From the NCBI GenBank assembly GCA_965116875.1, contig OZ220733.1:1184001-1248000 (forward strand): 64,000 nucleotides of DNA. Reading direction: 5' to 3'. Of the stretch, positions 60,997-64,000 are shown piece by piece (the first letter of the stretch is position 1; every line of letters begins with the position of its first letter). A model generated the notes under the pieces. That model ran no database searches. It was not told the origin of the DNA and saw only the letters and a program-made list of their open reading frames with translations. The translations under genes and the position numbers were made by a program. Source of the DNA: Candidatus Latescibacterota bacterium. Lineage in GTDB: Bacteria; Latescibacterota; UBA2968; GCA-2709665.

Positions 60997-62556
60997 ATGG
61001 GGGACGGGATGGAAGTTTTCGACATGAACTGCATGCTTGGGCCCACGCGCACAGACCGCGAGCCGTGCTTTCGGACACCCGAAGCGCTGCTTGCCGAGAT
61101 GGATCGACTGGGCATCTCCGAAGGCCTGGTCCACGCGAGCCACGCCGCCATGGGACACCCGGCGGATGGGAACGCCTGGGTGGTTGAGGCCACGCGTTTC
61201 CATCCTCGCCTCCATCCATGCTGGGCGGTTCTGCCCCCGGGTACGGGAGAACTGCCCGAGCCGGATGAACTCGTGACGCAGATGCGCGCCCAGGGCGTGC
61301 GCGCGGCCAGGATTTTTCCGGGCGTGCACGGTTTTCCGTTGCTGGAACGGATTCTTCGGCCGCTGCTGCAATCGCTTGCCGAATCGGGAATCCCGCTGAT
61401 CCTGGACCAGGGCCGCACGAGTTGGAGCCAGCTCACGGACTGGCGCGCGGTCTTCGAGATCGCGGAAGCGCACCCCGCGCTGCCGCTTGTGCTGATTCGC
61501 GAAGGCGGCACGACGGCGCGGGCGCTATACGGGGTCTGGGACGCGTTTCCAAACCTCCATATCGAGGCGTCCTACATCCAGGAATCGCGGATCGTGGAGG
61601 AGATCTCAGGGCGATTCGGGCACCGGCGCCTGTTGTTTGGGACGGGGATGCCCGCCTGGGACCCGGGAGGTCCGATGGGCCTTCTGGCTGGCGCGCGAAT
61701 TCCGCAGCATCAGCGGGCCGACATCGCGGGGAACACCCTGCGGCGATTGCTGGGACTTCCGGAACGGGACCCCGGACGGGCGCCGGAGTGGCCATGCGGC
61801 GCGCACGGTTTCCGTGTGTTTGACGTGCACGGCCACCTGGGCCGATTTCAATCGAAGTACCACCGTGACTGGTCGGCCGAACAGATGGTGTCGCGCATGG
61901 ACGAAGTGGGGGTGGAGCGGTTTGCCGTCAGCCACTTTCTGGCCATCGGGGCCGACTACCACGAAGGAAACACCCGGATCGGGTCGGGCGTGGCGGATTT
62001 TCCGGACCGGCTCGTGGGTTACGTGGTCTACAATCCGAACTACGAACCGGAGATGGCCGACGAGATGGCGCGCGGGTTCGACGAACTCGGTTGCCGTGGC
62101 ATCAAAATCCATTGCGCGCTTCACGACACGTCAACCGAGGACCCTCGCTACCGTCTCGCGTTTCAGACGGCGCATGAGCGGAACTGCCCCATGCTCTGCC
62201 ATGTCCACCGCGGGCCGTCTCCCGCGTTCCTGATGGATACGCTCGCCGCGTTCCCCAACGCGAAGTTCATCTATGCCCACCTGGGCGGAGGCAGCCGCGA
62301 GGGTCTGGAGCCCTTTCTCGACGTCGCCCACGCACGCCCGAATCTGTTTTTCGACCTGGGATATTCGAAAATGGCGCGCGGCACCCTCCCCTGGCTTGTC
62401 GAACATGCGCCGCCCGCGCAGATCCTGTACGGATCGGACCATCCCGTAAACGGATTTCCCTATCAACTCGGACGGGTACTCTACGCCGACATTCCCGATG
62501 GGTTGAAGCGCATGATATTATGGGACAACGCGGCAAGGATATTCGGCGTGCAATAA
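60997..62556 (+). CDS. Tandem amidohydrolase_2 domain protein
   Basis: Domain 1 DMNC...LLFGTGMP; domain 2 DVHGH, GIKIH, AHLG, LYGSDHP. Confidence 0.85.
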   Translation: MGDGMEVFDMNCMLGPTRTDREPCFRTPEALLAEMDRLGISEGLVHASHAAMGHPADGNAWVVEATRFHPRLHPCWAVLPPGTGELPEPDELVTQMRAQGVRAARIFPGVHGFPLLERILRPLLQSLAESGIPLILDQGRTSWSQLTDWRAVFEIAEAHPALPLVLIREGGTTARALYGVWDAFPNLHIEASYIQESRIVEEISGRFGHRRLLFGTGMPAWDPGGPMGLLAGARIPQHQRADIAGNTLRRLLGLPERDPGRAPEWPCGAHGFRVFDVHGHLGRFQSKYHRDWSAEQMVSRMDEVGVERFAVSHFLAIGADYHEGNTRIGSGVADFPDRLVGYVVYNPNYEPEMADEMARGFDELGCRGIKIHCALHDTSTEDPRYRLAFQTAHERNCPMLCHVHRGPSPAFLMDTLAAFPNAKFIYAHLGGGSREGLEPFLDVAHARPNLFFDLGYSKMARGTLPWLVEHAPPAQILYGSDHPVNGFPYQLGRVLYADIPDGLKRMILWDNAARIFGVQ

Positions 62557-62564
62557 CGGACTCC

Positions 62565-62767
62565 GAATGAACCCCAATTCGAATAAAACAGCAACGCGGC
62601 GACGCGATAAAAGCTCCCCAAACCGGGCGGTAACGTCGTATGGAAGGACATTTTTTTAGTTGACGTCCAGCAACCTGGTGTATCCTGGTCATCCGCCGTT
62701 TAATCGCCTTTATCAACATGCACATGTACGAATTAACGTTCCCAAAAAACGACGAATCCTGGTTAAA
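62565..62767. repeat. 203-bp intergenic repeat, copy 2
   Basis: See copy 1 at 53606-53808. Confidence 0.85.
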
Positions 62768-62784
62768 TGTGGAGGTCATCATCC

Positions 62785-64000
62785 ATGAAAATCGGCATTC
62801 TGACCCATCCGCCCGGTCTATCGGACTACGTCGCCGAGATCTTCACGACCTGGGGGCTTCCCGCTTACGATCGGATCGGCCAGGAACAGATTGAGTCTCT
62901 GGATCCCGCGTCGACTCCCGTACTGGTCTGCCCGGCGGCCGAACGAGATGCGCAGGCGCAGGAACTCCTGATCGGATTTGCGCGGCGGGGCGGCACCGTC
63001 GTGACGTTCCTTCCCGGAGACATCCTGGCCCGCGCCGCGGGGCTGGTCTACCAGGGCGCCAGGGCCGCGCCGCTGCGTCTGCGTCCGGTACGCTATCCGG
63101 CGGCAGGGGTTTCAGGAGAGGACTTTCCGGTGGTCGGGGCGGCGGGTCATTATCTCGAAGGGCCTGAGGCGGGAGTTGGTATTGCCTATCTCTACCAACC
63201 GGACGCATTCGAGGGAGAGTCTGTCGGGATTATCGAATCGCCAAACGGAAAGGGACGGATCCTGGCATTCGCCTTCGATCTCCCCGCGTGCGTATACACC
63301 CTCCGCCAGGGGGATCCGCGCCAGGTCGAGCGTGCCGTGGGCGGCAACGTCCGCGCCGATTCCATCGGAATCGATCTCGGGCCGGCGGACAGCGGGCTGG
63401 TTCCATTTGCCGATATGCTGGCGCGGTGGCTGGTGGAACTGGTCTGCCGGTTTGTTCCGGCGCCGGTCCCGCTACTCTGGCACCTGCCGGGCGAGGCAAC
63501 CGCGATGGTACTCTATTCGGGCGACGAGGACGGAGCGGAGATTTCCGCTACGGAGCAGGAATTCAGGGAGGTAGCGGAAACAGGCGCCCGCATGAATCTA
63601 TACATCATTCCCATCGGGACGGACTCGACGGCGGCGGACGTGCAGCGGTACAGGAAAACCCACGACGTCGGGCCGCACCCGAACCTCCGGGCCCTGGACG
63701 GACGCCCGATAGCGGAGCGCGTGGCCGAATTCGAGCGGCAGATTCTGCTGTTCGAGGAGATGTACGGGTTCAAGCCCACGAGCGTACGCAATCACTGCCT
63801 CGCCTGGGCGGGCTACATGGAACTGGTAGACGTACAGGCGCGCCTGGGCATCCGGATGGATGCCAACTACCTGTGTTCAGCCTATATGCGGGACCGTTGC
63901 AGCAGTCCGTACCACCTGAGAGGGGCGGCCATGCCGATGCGGTTCTGTCATCCTGACGGGCGCCTGATTGACGTACTCCAGCAGCACACCCACCTGTCCG
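62785..64000 (+). CDS. Partial gene: GATase-like N-terminus plus polysaccharide-deacetylase-like domain
   Basis: RBS GGAGG, then MKIGIL...; SGDED, GPHP, RNHCLAW; frame open to the window end, so absent from the ORF track. Confidence 0.6.
   Translation, partial: MKIGILTHPPGLSDYVAEIFTTWGLPAYDRIGQEQIESLDPASTPVLVCPAAERDAQAQELLIGFARRGGTVVTFLPGDILARAAGLVYQGARAAPLRLRPVRYPAAGVSGEDFPVVGAAGHYLEGPEAGVGIAYLYQPDAFEGESVGIIESPNGKGRILAFAFDLPACVYTLRQGDPRQVERAVGGNVRADSIGIDLGPADSGLVPFADMLARWLVELVCRFVPAPVPLLWHLPGEATAMVLYSGDEDGAEISATEQEFREVAETGARMNLYIIPIGTDSTAADVQRYRKTHDVGPHPNLRALDGRPIAERVAEFERQILLFEEMYGFKPTSVRNHCLAWAGYMELVDVQARLGIRMDANYLCSAYMRDRCSSPYHLRGAAMPMRFCHPDGRLIDVLQQHTHLS

Noticed and set aside
1-64000. 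CRISPR array, rRNA or intact tRNA
   Set aside because: No regularly spaced repeats, rRNA-like tracts or complete cloverleaf were seen by eye.

Overview
GC-rich bacterial window with no rRNA, convincing tRNA or CRISPR array. Gene content suggests a heterotroph of the Latescibacterota/Poribacteria/Gemmatimonadota type, but that is inference only. It has three parts. (1) 1-15.2 kb: catabolic and hydrolase genes (GH42-like, sialidase-like, Ldh, GNAT, two C45 Ntn-hydrolases, CocE/NonD, SGNH, GH113) and a vapBC pair. (2) 15.7-36.0 kb: an AT-richer anti-phage island. A Type I R-M operon (hsdM...hsdS...hsdR) is split by nested cargo: an NDT/TIR-like protein, a Lit-like HEXXH peptidase, vsr next to a translationally coupled C5-methylase - GHKL(MORC-like)/histidine-kinase - response-regulator trio, a nuclease-STAND NTPase, a decayed integrase and HTH-ImmA pseudogene, and darTG coupled to hsdR. 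(3) 36-64 kb: an AbiE toxin-antitoxin pair, an orphan HIRAN gene, and a cluster of three paralogous ~670-aa polytopic membrane proteins interleaved with GH42-like, PhyH, dehydratase and amidohydrolase genes, plus a 203-bp intergenic repeat in two copies and a 70-bp MITE. The best candidate for an uncharacterised system is the methylase plus phosphorelay module at 20.5-25.6 kb. All family calls rest on motif recognition by eye; no database search was run.
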